Shown: piece by piece, positions 23,462 through 37,810 of the stretch
Layout: every line of letters begins with the position of its first letter
How positions within the stretch are numbered: position 1 is the first letter of the stretch
Assembly (NCBI GenBank): GCA_002269645.1
Contig: NIVC01000197.1
Span: 372,001-436,000 of the forward strand
Reading direction: 5' to 3'
Source: Macrostomum lignano
Lineage: Eukaryota
DNA: 64,000 bases
Program-made: the position numbers and the translations under genes
The notes under the pieces: model-generated
Told to the model about the DNA's origin: nothing
Database searches by the model: none
What the model saw: the letters and a program-made list of their open reading frames with translations, nothing else

Positions 23462-25093
23462 GTCTGCCAACCTATGTATGCGGAATCGAACTTATAGGGA
23501 CTCAAAAGTGAGAAAAGTTCAAATTTGAGATAAAAATTCCATTTAGAACTATACTTCACTCGAAGACAATGTGTTTTTTTATCGTATCCGATGTGTGCTG
23601 ATTTCTTATAATTTCTTGGTCGAGCGAACATGTCGCCCGGTTACCCAGTATTTTTCGTGTTTGGGCAGCTCGCATGTCCAGAAAGGCCAGCAGCCACCAG
23701 CAAAAATGTGCACCAGCGGTTTTCTAGGGTCACTGTGTAACTATTGCAAGCTTTGCGTCAGTCGCCAGTCTCCTAATCGCACTTTCTTAGTAGAAATAGA
23801 CACCAAGGCAGATTGAACGGCATACCAGCTACATGTTCTTATTGGTTAAAAGTGTAGAAATTCCTAGAAAAAACAGCCAATTTGAGCTAAGCATATCAAA
23901 AATAAAAGCAATGGATCATGATCTATTTTCAGGTATTGCATTAGATTGTAATTCGTGTATGCGAACTACGAGCGAGTACACCAAGAGAGACGTTTTCCTC
24001 GTTTAAAGCAATTTGTCACACCAAAGACGAATGAAGTTCATCTGTCTTTATAATATGCGCATCTGAATCAATTTCAACATTAGTGCATGCTTTACTGCTT
24101 ATTATATTAATTTCACGATGAAGCATACTTTATTAATGTGTAAACTAAGTAAAGCCATACAAACATGCTGTATGTAAAACACGCTGTCATTTTGTATTGT
24201 CACCTGCACTGCAGTACGACTTAAAAATGCGCGCTTGTTATATTGATTTTGTGCTTTACACACTGCAGATCTCTCTCTATATATACTGTCCTGTCATGTT
24301 GTTGACACATTCTCTGCATTATATATATATATATATATAATATAATTATATACCTATTGTCAACTTGTTGCGACATCTGCATACACCGCCATAAAATTGC
24401 CTGTTTTAAAAAAGGAAAATACTACAAATGATGAATTTGTTGCATCGATAATGCGTTCGGAGAACGCCGTTTGATCTCGTTTAATTCTTTGCTGCGATCA
24501 CTAGTAGTGACTCATGAAACCGGCAATCCTGGAAAATTACACTTGACAGGGTTGGAGAACTACACTAATTAGTGTCATCATTACATCGGCACGCAATCTA
24601 AAAAAACTTGTGGTGCGGCTGCCACCAGACCGCCACCAGACGGGACTACCCGTCTGTAACAGACGAAGTTTCTTGACCCTAACTGTATATTAGAAATGGA
24701 CGATTAAAGGACACTATGCGCAGGACTGTCTCGTGGTGCTCATCCTACGGGGACTTATTAAGAAGCATTGTTACTGCATTGTTACTGCACTCACTACTCA
24801 TCACATTTCATGCCACGTCTCTTAGTATAAATAAGCAAACAGACCGAAGCAAACGAGTTGAATTGCTAATGCCCTGAATTACTGGCCCTCCTTACCCGCT
24901 CGGTTATAACTAAAGTGGAATTAATAAGTTAGGATTGAGAAATTAGGAGATGACTAGCAATCTTCGCCCCCCGATGGGGGACATCTGGATAGAATCTCTG
25001 TTCTCTACAATTAACAAAAAGACAGCCAAAAAATCCTTCACAAAGACAACAGACAAACTGCTCAAATGAAGTGAATTGCAATAAGAAATCTTC

Positions 25094-25690
25094 CCAAGAC
25101 CACAAGCATCCCCCAGATAGCAAGCATCCTCCAGATAGCAAGCATTTTCCCAGATAGCAAGCATTTCCCAGATAGCAAGCATCCCCAAGATAGCAAGCAT
25201 CCTCCAGATAGCAAGCATCCCCCAGATAGCAAGCATCCCCAGATAGCAAGCATCCCCCAGATAGCAAACATCCCCCAGATAGCAAGCATTCCCCAGATAG
25301 CAAGCATTCCGCAGATAGCAAGCATCCCCAGATAGCAAGCATCCCCAAGATAGCAAGCATCCCTCAGATAGCAAGCATACCCCAAGATAGCAAGCATCCC
25401 TCAGATAGCAAGCATACCCCAGATAGCAAGCATCCCCCAGATAGCAAGCATCACTCAGATAGCAAGCATCCCTCAGATAGCAAGCATCCACCAGATAGCA
25501 AGCATCCCCCAGATAGCAAACATCCCCCAGATAGCAAGCATCCCCAGATAGCAAGCATTCCCAGATAGCAAGCATTCCCCAGATAGCAAGCATTCCCCAG
25601 AAAGCAAGCATCCTCCAAATAGCAAGCATCCTCCAAATAGCAAGCATCCCCAAGATAGATAGCATCCCCAAATAGCAACCATCCACCAGA
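25094..25690. repeat. 17-18-bp satellite CCCCCAGATAGCAAGCAT in H1 (also about 30640-31170, 37950-38085, 43605-44160)
   Basis: Directly visible; source of the GDACYL / MLAIWG pseudo-ORFs. Confidence 0.97.
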
Positions 25691-25789
25691 CAATAAGTAG
25701 CTAGAGCGACAATTTCCTTAGCTTTATAGTGGCTCCTTTAAATTGGCATGGCGCTTTATACCTTTACATTTGAAATTGGATATCTTGAA

Positions 25790-28700
25790 TGTTTGACATG
25801 GTGGCTCTTTTATGTTTGACATAGTGGCTCTTCTATGTTTGACATAGTGGCTCTTTTATGTTCGACATGGTGGCTCTTCTATGTTTGACATGGTGGCTTT
25901 TTTAGGTTTGACATGGTGGCTCTTTTATGTTTGACATGTTGACTTTTTTATGTTCGACACGGTGGCTTTTTAATGTTCGACATGGTGGCTCTTTTAGGTT
26001 TGAACCGGTGGCTCTTTAATGTTTGACATGGTGGCTCTTTAATGTTCGACATGGTGGCTCTTTTATGTTCGACATGGTGGCTCTTTAATGTTTGACATGG
26101 TGGCCCTTTAATGGTTAACATGGCGGCTCTTTAATTTTCGAAATGGTGGCTCCTTAATTTTCGAAATGGTGGCTGTTTTATGTTTGACATGGTGGCTCTT
26201 TAATGTTCGACATGGTGGCTCTTTAATGTTTGACATGGTGTCTGTTTTATGTTTGATATGGTGGCTCTTTAATGTTCGACATGGTGGCTCTTTAATGTTT
26301 GACATGGTAACTCTTTTATGTTTGATATGGTGGCTCCTTAATTTTCGAAATGGTGGCTGTTTTATATTTGACATGGTGGCTCTTTAATTTTTAACATGGT
26401 GGCTCTTTTAGGTTTGAAACGGTGACTCTTTAATGTTTGACATGGTGGCTTTTCTATGTTCGACATGGTGGCTCTTGTATGTTCGACATGGTGGCTTCTT
26501 TAGGTTTGAAATGGTGGCTCTTTAATATTTGACAAGGTGGCTCTTTAATGTTCGACATGGTGGCTCTTTAATGTTTGACATGTTGGCTTTTTAATGTTCG
26601 ACATGGTGGCTTTTTAATGTTCGACATGGTGGCTCCTTTAGGTTTGAAATGGTGGCTCTTTAATATTTGACAAGGTGGCTCTTTAATGTTCGACATGGTG
26701 GCTCTTTTAGGTTTGAACCGGTGGCTCTTTAATGTTTGACATGGTGTCTGTTTTATGTTTGACATGGTGGCTCTTTAATGTTCGACATGGTGGCTCTTTA
26801 ATGTTCGACATGGTGGCTCTTTAATTTTTAACATGGTGACTCTTTTATGTTCGACATGGTGGCTCCTTAAGGTTTGAAATATTGGCTCTTTAATGTTTAA
26901 CATGGTGGCTTTTCTATGTTCGACATGGTGGCTTTTCTATGTTCGACATGGTGGCTCTTGTATGTTCGACATGGTGGCTCTTTTAATGGTCGACATGGTG
27001 GCTCTTTAATGTTCTTCATGTTGGCTCTTTTATGTTTGACATGGTGGCTTTTTTATGTTTGACATGGTGGCTCTTTTATGTTCTACATAGCTGCTCTTTT
27101 ATGTTCGACATTGTGGCTCTTGTATGTTCGACAGGGTCGCTCTTTTAGGTTTGAAATGGTGGCTCTTTAATATTTGACAAGGTGGCCCTTTAATGTTTAA
27201 CATGGCGGCTCTTAAATTTTCGAAATGGTGGCTGTTTTATATTTGACATGGTGGCTCTTTAATGTTCGACATGGTGGCTCTTTAATGTTCTTAATGGTGT
27301 CTGTTTTATGTTTGACATGGTTGCTCTTTTATGTTCGACATGGTGGCTCTTTAATTTTTAACATGGTAACTCTTTTATGTTTGATATGGTGGCTCTTTTA
27401 TGTTCGACATGGTGGCTCTTGTATGTTCGACATGGTGGCTTCTTTAGGTTTGAAATGGTGGCTCTTTAATATTTGACAAGGTGGCTCTTTAATGTTCGAC
27501 ATGGTGGCTCTTTTAGGTTTGAAATGGTGGGTCTTTAATGCTTGACAATGTGGCTCTTTAATGTTTGACATGGTGGCTCTTTAATGTTCGACATGGTGGC
27601 TCTTTAATGTTTGACATGGTAACTCTTTTATGTTTGATATGGTGGCTCTTTTATGTTCGACATGGTGGCTCTTGTATGTTCGACATGGTGGCTTCTTTAG
27701 GTTTGAAATGGTGGCTCTTTAATATTTGACAAGGTGGCTCTTTAATGTTTGACATGGTGGCTCTTTAATGTTTGACATGGTGGCTCTTTTAGGTTTGAAA
27801 TGGTGGCTTTTTAATGTTTGACAATGTGGCTCTTTAATGTTTGACATGGTGGCTTTTTAATGTTCGACATGGTGGCTCTTTTAGGTTTGAACCGGTGGCT
27901 CTTTAATGTTTGACATGGTGGCTCTTTAATGTTTGACATGGTGTCTGTTTTATGTTTGACATGGTGGCTCTTTAATGTTCGACATGGTGGCTCTTTTAGG
28001 TTTTAACCGGTGGCTCTTTAATGTTTGACATGGTGGCTCTTTAATGTTTGAAATGGTGGCTCTTTAATGTTCGACATGGTGGCTCTTTAATTTTTAACAT
28101 GGTGACTCTTTTATGTTCGACATGGTGGCTCCTTTAGGTTTGAAATATTGGCTCTTTAATGTTTAACATGGTGGCTTTTCTATGTTCGACATGGTGGCTT
28201 TTCTATGTTCGACATGGTGGCTCTTTTATGTTCGACATGGTGGCTCTTTTATGTTCGACATGGTGGCTCTTTTATGTTCGACATGGTGGCTCTTGTATGT
28301 TCGACAGGGTCGCTCTTTTAGGTTTGAAATGGTGGCTCTTTAATATTTGACAAGGTGGCTCTTTAATGTTCGACATGGTGGCTCTTTAATGTTTGACATG
28401 GTGGCTCTTTTAGGTTTGACAAGGTGGCCCTTTAATGTTTAACATAGCGGCTCTTAAATTTTCGAAATGGTGGCTCCTTAATTTTCGAAATGGTGGCTGT
28501 TTTATATTTGACATGGTGGCTCTTTAATTTTTAACATGGTGGCTCTTTTAGGTTTGAAACGGTGGCTCTTTAATGTTTGACATGGTGACTCTTTAATGTT
28601 TGACATGGTGGCTTTTCTATGTTCGACATGGTGGCTCTTGTATGTTCGACATGGTGGCTTCTTTAGGTTTGAAATGGTGGCTCTTTAATATTTGACAAGG

Positions 28701-29900
28701 TGGCTCTTTAATGTTCGACATGGTGGCTCTTTAATGTTTGACATGGTGGCTCTTTTAGGTTTGAAATGGTGGGTCTTTAATGCTTGACAATGTGGCTCTT
28801 TAATGTTTGACATGGTGGCTCTTTAATGTTCGACATGGTGGCTCTTTAATGTTTGACATGGTAACTCTTTTATGTTTAATATGGTGGCTCTTTTATGTTC
28901 GACATGGTGGCTCTTTAATGTTTGACATGGTGGCTATTGAATGTTTGACATGGTAACTATTTTAGGTTTGAAATGGTGGGTCTTTAATGCTTGACAATGT
29001 GGCTCTTTAATGTTTGACATGGTAACTCTTTTATGTTTGATATGGTGGCTCTTTTATGTTCTTAATGGTGTCTGTTTTATGTTTGACATGGTGGCTCTTT
29101 AATTTTTAACATGGTGGCTCTTTTAGGTTTGAAACGGTGGCTCTTTAATGTTTGACATGGTGACTCTTTAATGTTTGACATGGTGGCTTTTCTATGTTCG
29201 ACATGGTGGCTCTTGTATGTTCGACATGGTGGCTTCTTTAGGTTTGAAATGGTGGCTCTTTAATATTTGACAAGGTGGCTCTTTAATGTTCGACATGGTG
29301 GCTCTTTAATGTTTGACATGGTGGCTCTTTTAGGTTTGAAATGGTGGGTCTTTAATGCTTGACAATGTGGCTCTTTAATGTTTGACATGGTGGCTCTTTA
29401 ATGTTCGACATGGTGGCTCTTTAATGTTTGACATGGTAACTCTTTTGTGTTTAATATGGTGGCTCTTTTATGTTCGACATGGTGGCTCTTTAATGTTTGA
29501 CATGGTGGCTATTGAATGTTTGACATGGTAACTATTTTAGGTTTGAAATGGTGGGTCTTTAATGCTTGACAATGTGGCTCTTTAATGTTTGACATGGTAA
29601 CTCTTTTATGTTTGATATGGTGGCTCTTTTATGTTCGACATGGTGGCTCTTTAATTTTCGACATGGTGGCTCCTTTAGGTTTGAAATGGTGGCTCTTTAA
29701 TGTTTGACATGGTGGCTCTTCTATGTTCGACATGGTGGCTCTTTAATGTTCGACATGGTGGCTCTTTAATTTTTAACATGGTAACTCGTTTATGTTCGAT
29801 ATGGTGGCTCTTTTATGTTCGACATGGTGGTTCTTTAATGTTCGACATGGTGGCTCCTTTAGGTTTGACATGGTGGCTCTTCTATTGCGCTTTTTTTATG
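25790..29900. repeat. 23-bp satellite ATGTTTGACATGGTGGCTCTTTA in H1
   Basis: Directly visible. Confidence 0.97.
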
Positions 29901-29934
29901 TTTAGCAGTTTTTTTGTTTTTAAGGTGTTTTAAT

Positions 29935-30015
29935 AAAAAAATTATTTTGCGCTTCTAAGACTCGAACCCAGGTCGCTACATTAGCATTCCAGTCTGTTCG
30001 CATCAGGGCTATCTC
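29935..30015 (-). promoter_or_regulatory. tRNA-like Pol III module in H1 (A-box-like, B box, T-run); homologues at 34342-34422, 37231-37310, 42903-42983, 47437-47517
   Basis: GATAGCCCTGATGCGAACAGACTGGAATGCTAATGTAGCGACCTGGGTTCGAGTCTTAG followed by a T run about 15 nt later. Confidence 0.6.
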
Positions 30016-30497
30016 TTTTCAATTGGAGAACATGAATTGTGGCCCTTATAATTCAATTCTTACAGCAAGTCAATTGGAGTAAAAAGTTATGACATAATCA
30101 ATTTCTCAGTCAGCCAGTATCAGTCTCACTTCGAGTTAGCAATATGGTTACGCAATTTCAATCAAGTCGTGTGTGCATTTCTTCGGCACTGTTTTCAACT
30201 TGTTGTGATGCAATCTTTATCAGAATTGAAATTCAGTCAGTCAGTTTTTCTCTAGCATTCTTACAATGCATTTCAAGTCGAAAATTTGGCTTGACCTTTG
30301 CAAAAAAGCGTGTTTTTCGAATATTTAATCCCTTTAACATTGAGCAATTTCTTAGCCAAGATGCATGTACTGTGCCAGGAAAATTTCTGATCGAATGATG
30401 CAAGTTTGAAGAAAATCGGTTGAGCCGTTTTTTCTGAAATCAATCGCATACCCATATACATACATACATACAGACAACTCATTTTTAGTATATAGGA

Positions 30498-33400
30498 CTA
30501 GCAATCTTCGCCCCCCGATGGGGGACATCTGGATAGAATCTCTGTTCTCTACAATTAACAAAAAGACAGCCAAAAAATCCTTCACAAAGACAACAGACAA
30601 ACTGCTCAAATGAAGTGAATTGCAATAAGAAATCTTCCCAAGACCACAAGCATCCCCCAGATAGCAAGCATCCTCCAGATAGCAAGCATTCTCCCAGATA
30701 GCAAGCATTTCCCAGATAGCAAGCATCCCCAAGATAGCAAGCATCCTCCAGATAGCAAGCATCCCCAGATAGCAAGCATCCCCCAGATAGCAAGCATCCC
30801 CCAGATAGCAAACATCCCCCAGATAGCAAGCATTCCCCAGATAGCAAGCATTCCGCAGATAGCAAGCATCCCCCAGATAGCAAGCATCCCCAAGATAGCA
30901 AGCATCCCTCAGATAGCAAGCATACCCCAAGATAGCAAGCATCCCTCAGATAGCAAGCATACCCCAGATAGCAAGCATCCCCCAGATAGCAAGCATCACT
31001 CAGATAGCAAGCATCCCTCAGATAGCAAGCATCCCCCAGATAGCAAGCATCCCCAGATAGCAAGCATTCCCCAGATAGCAAGCATTCCCCAGATAGCAAG
31101 CATCCCCCAGAAAGCAAGCATCCTCCAAATAGCAAGCATCCCCAAGATAGATAGCATCCCCAAATAGCAACCATCCACCAGACAATAAGTAGCTAGAGCG
31201 ACAATTTCCTTAGCTTTATAGTGGCTCCTTTAAATTGGCATGGCGCTTTATACCTTTACATTTGAAATTGGATATCTTGAATGTTTGACATGGTGGCTAT
31301 TTTATGTTTGACATAGTGGCTCTTCTATGTTTGACATGGTGGCTCTTTTATGTTTGACATAGTGGCTCTTTTATGTTCGACATAGTGGCTCTTCTATGTT
31401 TGACATGGTGGCTTTTTTAGGTTTGACATGGTGGCTCTTTTATGTTTGACATGTTGACTTTTTTATGTTCGACACGGTGGCTTTTAATGTTCGACATGGT
31501 GGCTCTTTTAGGTTTGAACCGGTGGCTCTTTAATGTTTGACATGGTGGCTCTTTAATGTTCGACATGGTGGCTCTTTTATGTTCGACATGGTGGCTCTTT
31601 AATGTTTGACATGGTGGCCCTTTAATGGTTAACATGGCGGCTCTTTAATTTTCGAAATGGTGGCTCCTTAATTTTCGAAATGGTGGCTGTTTTATGTTTG
31701 ACATGGTGGCTCTTTAATGTTCGACATGGTGGCTCTTTAATGTTTGACATGGTGGCCCTTTAATGGTTAACATGGCGGCTCTTTAATTTTCGAAATGGTG
31801 GCTCCTTAATTTTCGAAATGGTGGCTGTTTTATGTTTGACATGGTGGCTCTTTAATGTTCGACATGGTGGCTCTTTAATGTTTGACATGGTGTCGGTTTT
31901 ATGTTTGATATGGTGGCTCTTTAATGTTCGACATGGTGGCTCTTTAATGTTTGACATGGTAACTCTTTTATGTTTGATATGGTGGCTCTTTAATGTTCGA
32001 CATGGTGGCTCTTTAATGTTCGACATGGTGGCTCTTTAATGTTCGACATGGTGGCTCTTTAATTTTTAACATGGTGACTCTTTTATGTTCGACATGGTGG
32101 CTCTTTTATGTTTGACATAGTGGCTCTTCTATGTTTGACATGGTGGCTCTTTAATGTTTGACATGGTGGCTCTATTATGTTTGACATGGTGGTTCTTCTA
32201 TGTTTGACATGGTGGCTTTTTTAGGTTTGACATTATGGCTCTTTTATGTTTGACATATTGGCTTTTTAATGTTCGACATGGTGGCTTTTTAATGTTCGAC
32301 ATGGTGGCTCCTTTAGGTTTGAAATGGTGGCTCTTTAATATTTGACAAGGTGGCTCTTTAATGTTCGACATGGTGGCTCTTTTAGGTTTGAACCGGTGGC
32401 TCTTTAATGTTTGACATGGTGTCTGTTTTATGTTTGACATGGTTGCTCTTTTATGTTCGACATGGTGGCTCTTTAATTTTTAACATGGTAACTCTTTTAT
32501 GTTTGATATGGTGGCTCTTTTATGTTCGACATGGTGGCTCTTGTATGTTCGACATGGTGGCTTCTTTAGGTTTGAAATGGTGGCTCTTTAATATTTGACA
32601 AGGTGGCTCTTTAATGTTCGACATGGTGGCTCTTTTAGGTTTGAAATGGTGGGTCTTTAATGCTTGACAATGTGGCTCTTTAATGTTTGACATGGTGGCT
32701 CTTTAATGTTCGACATGGTGGCTCTTTAATGTTTGACATGGTAACTCTTTATGTTTGATATGGTGGCTCTTTTATGTTCGACATGGTGGCTCTTTAATGT
32801 TTGACATGGTGGCTCTTTAATGTTTGACATGGTAACTCTTTTATGTTTGATATGGTGGCTCTTTTATGTTCGACATGGTGGCTCTTGTATGTTCGACATG
32901 GTGGCTTCTTTAGGTTTGAAATGGTGGCTCTTTAATATTTGACAAGGTGGCTCTTTAATGTTTGACATGGTGGCTCTTTAATGTTTGACATGGTGGCTCT
33001 TTTAGGTTTGAAATGGTGGCTTTTTAATGTTTGACAATGTGGCTCTTTAATGTTTGACATGGTGGCTTTTTAATGTTCGACATGGTGGCTCTTTTAGGTT
33101 TGAACCGGTGGCTCTTTAATGTTTGACATGGTGGCTCTTTAATGTTTGACATGGTGTCTGTTTTATGTTTGACATGGTGGCTCTTTAATGTTCGACATGG
33201 TGGCTCTTTTAGGTTTGAACCGGTGGCTCTTTAATGTTTGACATGGTGGCTCTTTAATGTTTGAAATGGTGGCTCTTTAATGTTCGACATGGTGGCTCTT
33301 TAATTTTTAACATGGTGACTCTTTTATGTTCGACATGGTGGCTCCTTTAGGTTTGAAATATTGGCTCTTTAATGTTTAACATGGTGGCTTTTCTATGTTC

Positions 33401-34889
33401 GACATGGTGGCTTTTCTATGTTCGACATGGTGGCTCTTGTATGTTCGACATGGTGGCTCTTTTATGTTCGACTTGGTGGCTCTTGTATGTTCGACAGGGT
33501 CGCTCTTTTAGGTTTGAAATGGTGGCTCTTTAATATTTGACAAGGTGGCCCTTTAATGTTTAACATAGCGGCTCTTAAATTTTCGAAATGGTGGCTCCTT
33601 AATTTTCGAAATGGTGGCTGTTTTAGGTTTGACATGGTGGCTCTTTAATGTTCTTAATGGTGTCTGTTTTATGTTTGACATGGTGGCTCTTTAATTTTTA
33701 ACATGGTGGCTCTTTTAGGTTTGAAACGGTGGCTCTTTAATGTTTGACATGGTGGCTTTTCTATGTTCGACATGGTGGCTCTTGTATGTTCGACATGGTG
33801 GCTTCTTTAGGTTTGAAATGGTGGCTCTTTAATATTTGACAAGGTGGCTCTTTAATGTTCGACATGGTGGCTCTTTAATGTTTGACATGGTGGCTCTTTT
33901 AGGTTTGAAATGGTGGGTCTTTAATGCTTGACAATGTGGCTCTTTAATGTTTGACATGGTGGCTCTTTAATGTTCGACATGGTGGCTCTTTAATGTTTGA
34001 CATGGTAACTCTTTTATGTTTGATATGGTGGCTCTTTTATGTTCGACATGGTGGCTCTTTAATTTTCGACATGGTGGCTCCTTTAGGTTTGAAATGGTGG
34101 CTCTTTAATGTTTGACATGGTGGCTCTTCTATGTTCGACATGGTGGCTCTTTAATGTTCGACATGGTGGCTCTTTAATTTTTAACATGGTAACTCTTTTA
34201 TGTTCGATATGGTGGCTCTTTTATGTTCGACATGGTGGTTCTTTAATGTTCGACATGGTGGCTCCTTTAGGTTTGACATGGTGGCTCTTCTATTGCGCTT
34301 TTTTATGTTTAGCAGTTTTTTTGTTTTTAAGGTGTTTTAATAAAAAAATTATTTTGCGCTTCTAAGATTCGAACCCAGGTCGCTACATTAGCATTCCAGT
34401 CTGTTCGCATCAGGGCTATCTCTTTTCAATTGGAGAACATGAATTGTGGCCCTTATAATTCAATTCTTACAGCAAGTCAATTGGAGTAAAAAGTTATGAC
34501 ATAATCAATTTCTCAGTCAGCCAGTATCAGTCTCACTTCGAGTTAGCAATATGGTTACGCAATTTCAATCAAGTCGTGTGTGCATTTCTTCGGCACTGTT
34601 TTCAACTTGTTGTGATGCAATCTTTATCAGAATTGAAATTCAGTCAGTCAGTTTTTTCTCTAGCATTCTTACAATGCATTTCAAGTCGAAAATTTGGCTT
34701 GACCTTTGCAAAAAAGCGTGTTTTTCGAATATTTAATCCCTTTAACATTGAGCAATTTCTTAGCCAAGATGCATGTACTGTGCCAGGAAAATTTCTGATC
34801 GAATGATGCAAGTTTGAAGAAAATCGGTTGAGCCGTTTTTTCTGAAATCAATCGCATACCCATATACATACATACATACAGACAACTCA
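30498..34889 (-). mobile_element. Non-autonomous Helitron H2 (very similar to H1); its last about 16 bp are displaced to 37795-37810 by H3
   Basis: Direct GA|CTAG junction with H1 at 30497/30498; same termini and arrays. Confidence 0.85.
31280..34300. repeat. 23-bp satellite array in H2
   Basis: Directly visible; same variants as H1. Confidence 0.97.
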
Positions 34890-35115
34890 CTAGCAATCTA
34901 CGCCCCCCGTTGGGGAGCCAAAGAAATGCAATACACGTTTTTTTAATAAACTACATGTATCCTTGAAATCTTAAAAAATCTCCTGTCAAACCTTGTAAGC
35001 CTTGACATGTCAGTAATTCCCCCCCCCCACAAGCTTTAACATATCAACTTCCCCCCTTGACATCTCAGCAATGCCCCAAATAAGCCTTGGAAATCTAAAA
35101 ATATCTGTCAACCTT

Positions 35116-35177
35116 CTAACCCTAACCCTAGCCTAACCCTAACCCTAACCCTAACCCTAACCCTAACCTAACCCTAA
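35116..35177. repeat. Interstitial telomere-type tract (CCCTAA)n, about 10 units, inside H3
   Basis: Directly visible, with two imperfect units. Confidence 0.93.
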
Positions 35178-35989
35178 AGCATTGAAATTTCAGTAATTCT
35201 CTCTAAGAGTCATTATAGCACTACTACAGCATTATAGCGATTCCCTGCAAGCCTCGACATCGTAGAGATTCCAAATGAATCTCTTAACTTCGACATGAAG
35301 CTTATTTTATTTTTTACATTACGCTTTTTTTATCAGCGATCCCTCCCCAGAGGAGGCATCAAATAATGTAATAAAAAGTTTTCAATAAACTACATGTAGC
35401 TTCTGACTTTAGCCTTGAAATCTCATTTATACCCCCGTGAACCTTGACATCTCAGATATTCCCCCCGTAAGTCTTAACATGTCAGCGATGGCCCCCATAA
35501 ACCTTGAAATCTAAAAAATCCCCTGTTATTCTGTTAACCTTGAAATCCGATAAAATATAACCCTCAACCCACACCTGACCTAAACCTAACTTTAACCCAA
35601 CCTAAAGCCTTGAAATCTCAGCAATTCTTCTCCCTAAGCCTTGACATTTTAGTGATTCCTTCTTTAAGAATCACAGCACTATAACGATTTCCACCAAGCT
35701 TTGACATCGTAGCAATTCCCAAATGAATCTTTTAACTTCGACATGACTTTTCTTTTATGTATACGTAGTGCTACTTTTATTTTTTACATGACTCTTCTTC
35801 TATCAGCGCCCCCCCCGTGGCGAGCCAACAAATAATGCAATAAAAAAATTGAGTAAAGTACATGAACTTTGAAGTAGCTTCTGACTTTTGCTTTGACATC
35901 TCAGAACCCCCCCCGTAATGTCAGTTATTCTCTGAGAGCCTTTACGTCTCAGTTTTTCTCCCCAGCACAGCATTATAGCTGCATTTAAT

Positions 35990-37165
35990 TTTTACATGAC
36001 ACCCTTCATGTCTGACATGACGCTTCTTTTATTCTACCATGATGCTTCTTAATTTTTTAAATGACACTTTCATTAGTTTTTAAATGAGGCTTCTATGATT
36101 TTTTCTTGACGCTTCTATGATTTTTATATGACGCTTCTATGATTTTTTACATGACGCTTCTATGATTTTTACATGACGCTTCTATAATTTTTTACATGAC
36201 GCTTCTATGATTTTTTACATGACGCTTCTATGATTAATTACATGACGCTTCTATGATTTTTTAAATGACGCTTTTACGATTGTTTATGACGCTTCTCTGA
36301 TTTTTTACATGACGCTTCTATGATTGTTTACATGACGCTTTTATGATTGTTTACATGACGCTTCTATGATTGTTTACATGACGCTTTTATGATTGTTTAC
36401 TTGACGCTTTTATGATTGTTTACATGACGCTTCTCTGATTTTTTACATGACGCTTCTATGATTGTTTACATGACGCTTTTATGATTGTTTACATGACGCT
36501 TCTATGATTGTTTACATGACGCTCCTATGATTTTTTACATGACGCTTCTATGATTTTTTACATGACGCTTCTATGATTTTTTAAATGACGCTTCCATGAT
36601 TTTAAAATGACGCTTCTACGATTTTTCACATGACACTTCTATGATTGTTTACATGACGCTTCTATGATTTTTTACATGACGCATCTATGATTTTTTAAAT
36701 GACGCTTCTATGATTTTTATATGACGCTTCCATGATTTTTTAAATGACGCTTCTATGATTTTTATGACTCTTCCATGATTGTTTACATGACGCTTCTATG
36801 ATTTTTATATGACGCTTCTATGATTGTTTACATGACGCTTCTATGATTGTTTACATGACGCTTCTATGATTGTTTAAATGACGCTTCTATGATTGTTTAC
36901 ATGACGCTTCTATGATTTTTTACATGACGCTTCTATGATTGTTTACATGACGCTTCTATGATTGTTTACATGACGCTTCTATGATTTTTATATGACGCTT
37001 CTATGATTGTTTACATGACGCTTCTATGATTGTTTACATGACGCTTCTATGATTTTTTACATGACGCTTCTATGATTGTTTACATGACGCTTCTATGATT
37101 TTTTACATGACGCTTCTATGATTGTTTACATGACGCTTCTATGATTTTTTACATGACGCTTCTAT
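35990..37165. repeat. 23-bp satellite ATGACGCTTCTATGATTTTTTAC in H3
   Basis: Directly visible. Confidence 0.97.
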
Positions 37166-37810
37166 GATTTTTACATGACGATTCTTTTTAAAAAGTCTTT
37201 TAGTTTTCCTGACGTTGAAAAGCTTTAATTAAAAAATTATACTCTATGAAAATTCGAACCATCGTCGCTGCATTTAACAGTTCAGTTTGTTCACCTCTAG
37301 GCTAGCTCTCATCGTTTTGATAACATCAAATTTTGCACTTATATAATTCAACACTTTAAAATCCAAGCATAGAGTAAATCACACGAAGCAGTTATGACAT
37401 AATCAGTTTCTCAGTCAGTCAGTATCAGTTAACAATATGGTTACGCAATCTAAATCAAGTCTGGTGCTACGCTTCCACACTGCATTTTCAATTCAAGTCG
37501 GAGTTACAATTCAGTTATGATGCAATCTATTTCAGAATCAGAATTCAACCAGTCAGTTTTTTCTCTAGCATTCTTACAATGCATTTCAAGTCGAAAAGTT
37601 TGCTTGACCTTTGCAAAAAAGCATGTTTTTCGAATATTTAATGCCTTTAGCATCAAGAAATTTCTTAGCCACGATGCATGTACAGTCACGGGAAAATTTC
37701 TGATCGAACAGTGCAAGTTCGAACAAAATCGGTACAGCCATTTTTTCTCTAATCGATCACATAGACACAGACAGACCATTTTTAGTATATAGGATTTTTA
37801 GTATATTAGA

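Larger units (their letters stand above)
24954..30497 (-). mobile_element. Non-autonomous Helitron H1 (5.5 kb) with internal 18-bp and 23-bp satellites
   Basis: Minus strand starts TCCTATATACTAAAAATGAG and ends CCCC-ATC-GGGG hairpin...GATTGCTAG|T; (TACA)n near the 5' end. Confidence 0.87.
34890..37794 (-). mobile_element. Non-autonomous Helitron H3 (divergent subfamily) nested in the 5' end of H2
   Basis: GACAACTCA[CTAG...TATATAGGA]TTTTTAGTATAT, an A|T insertion on the minus strand; different internal satellite; telomeric tract. Confidence 0.85.
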
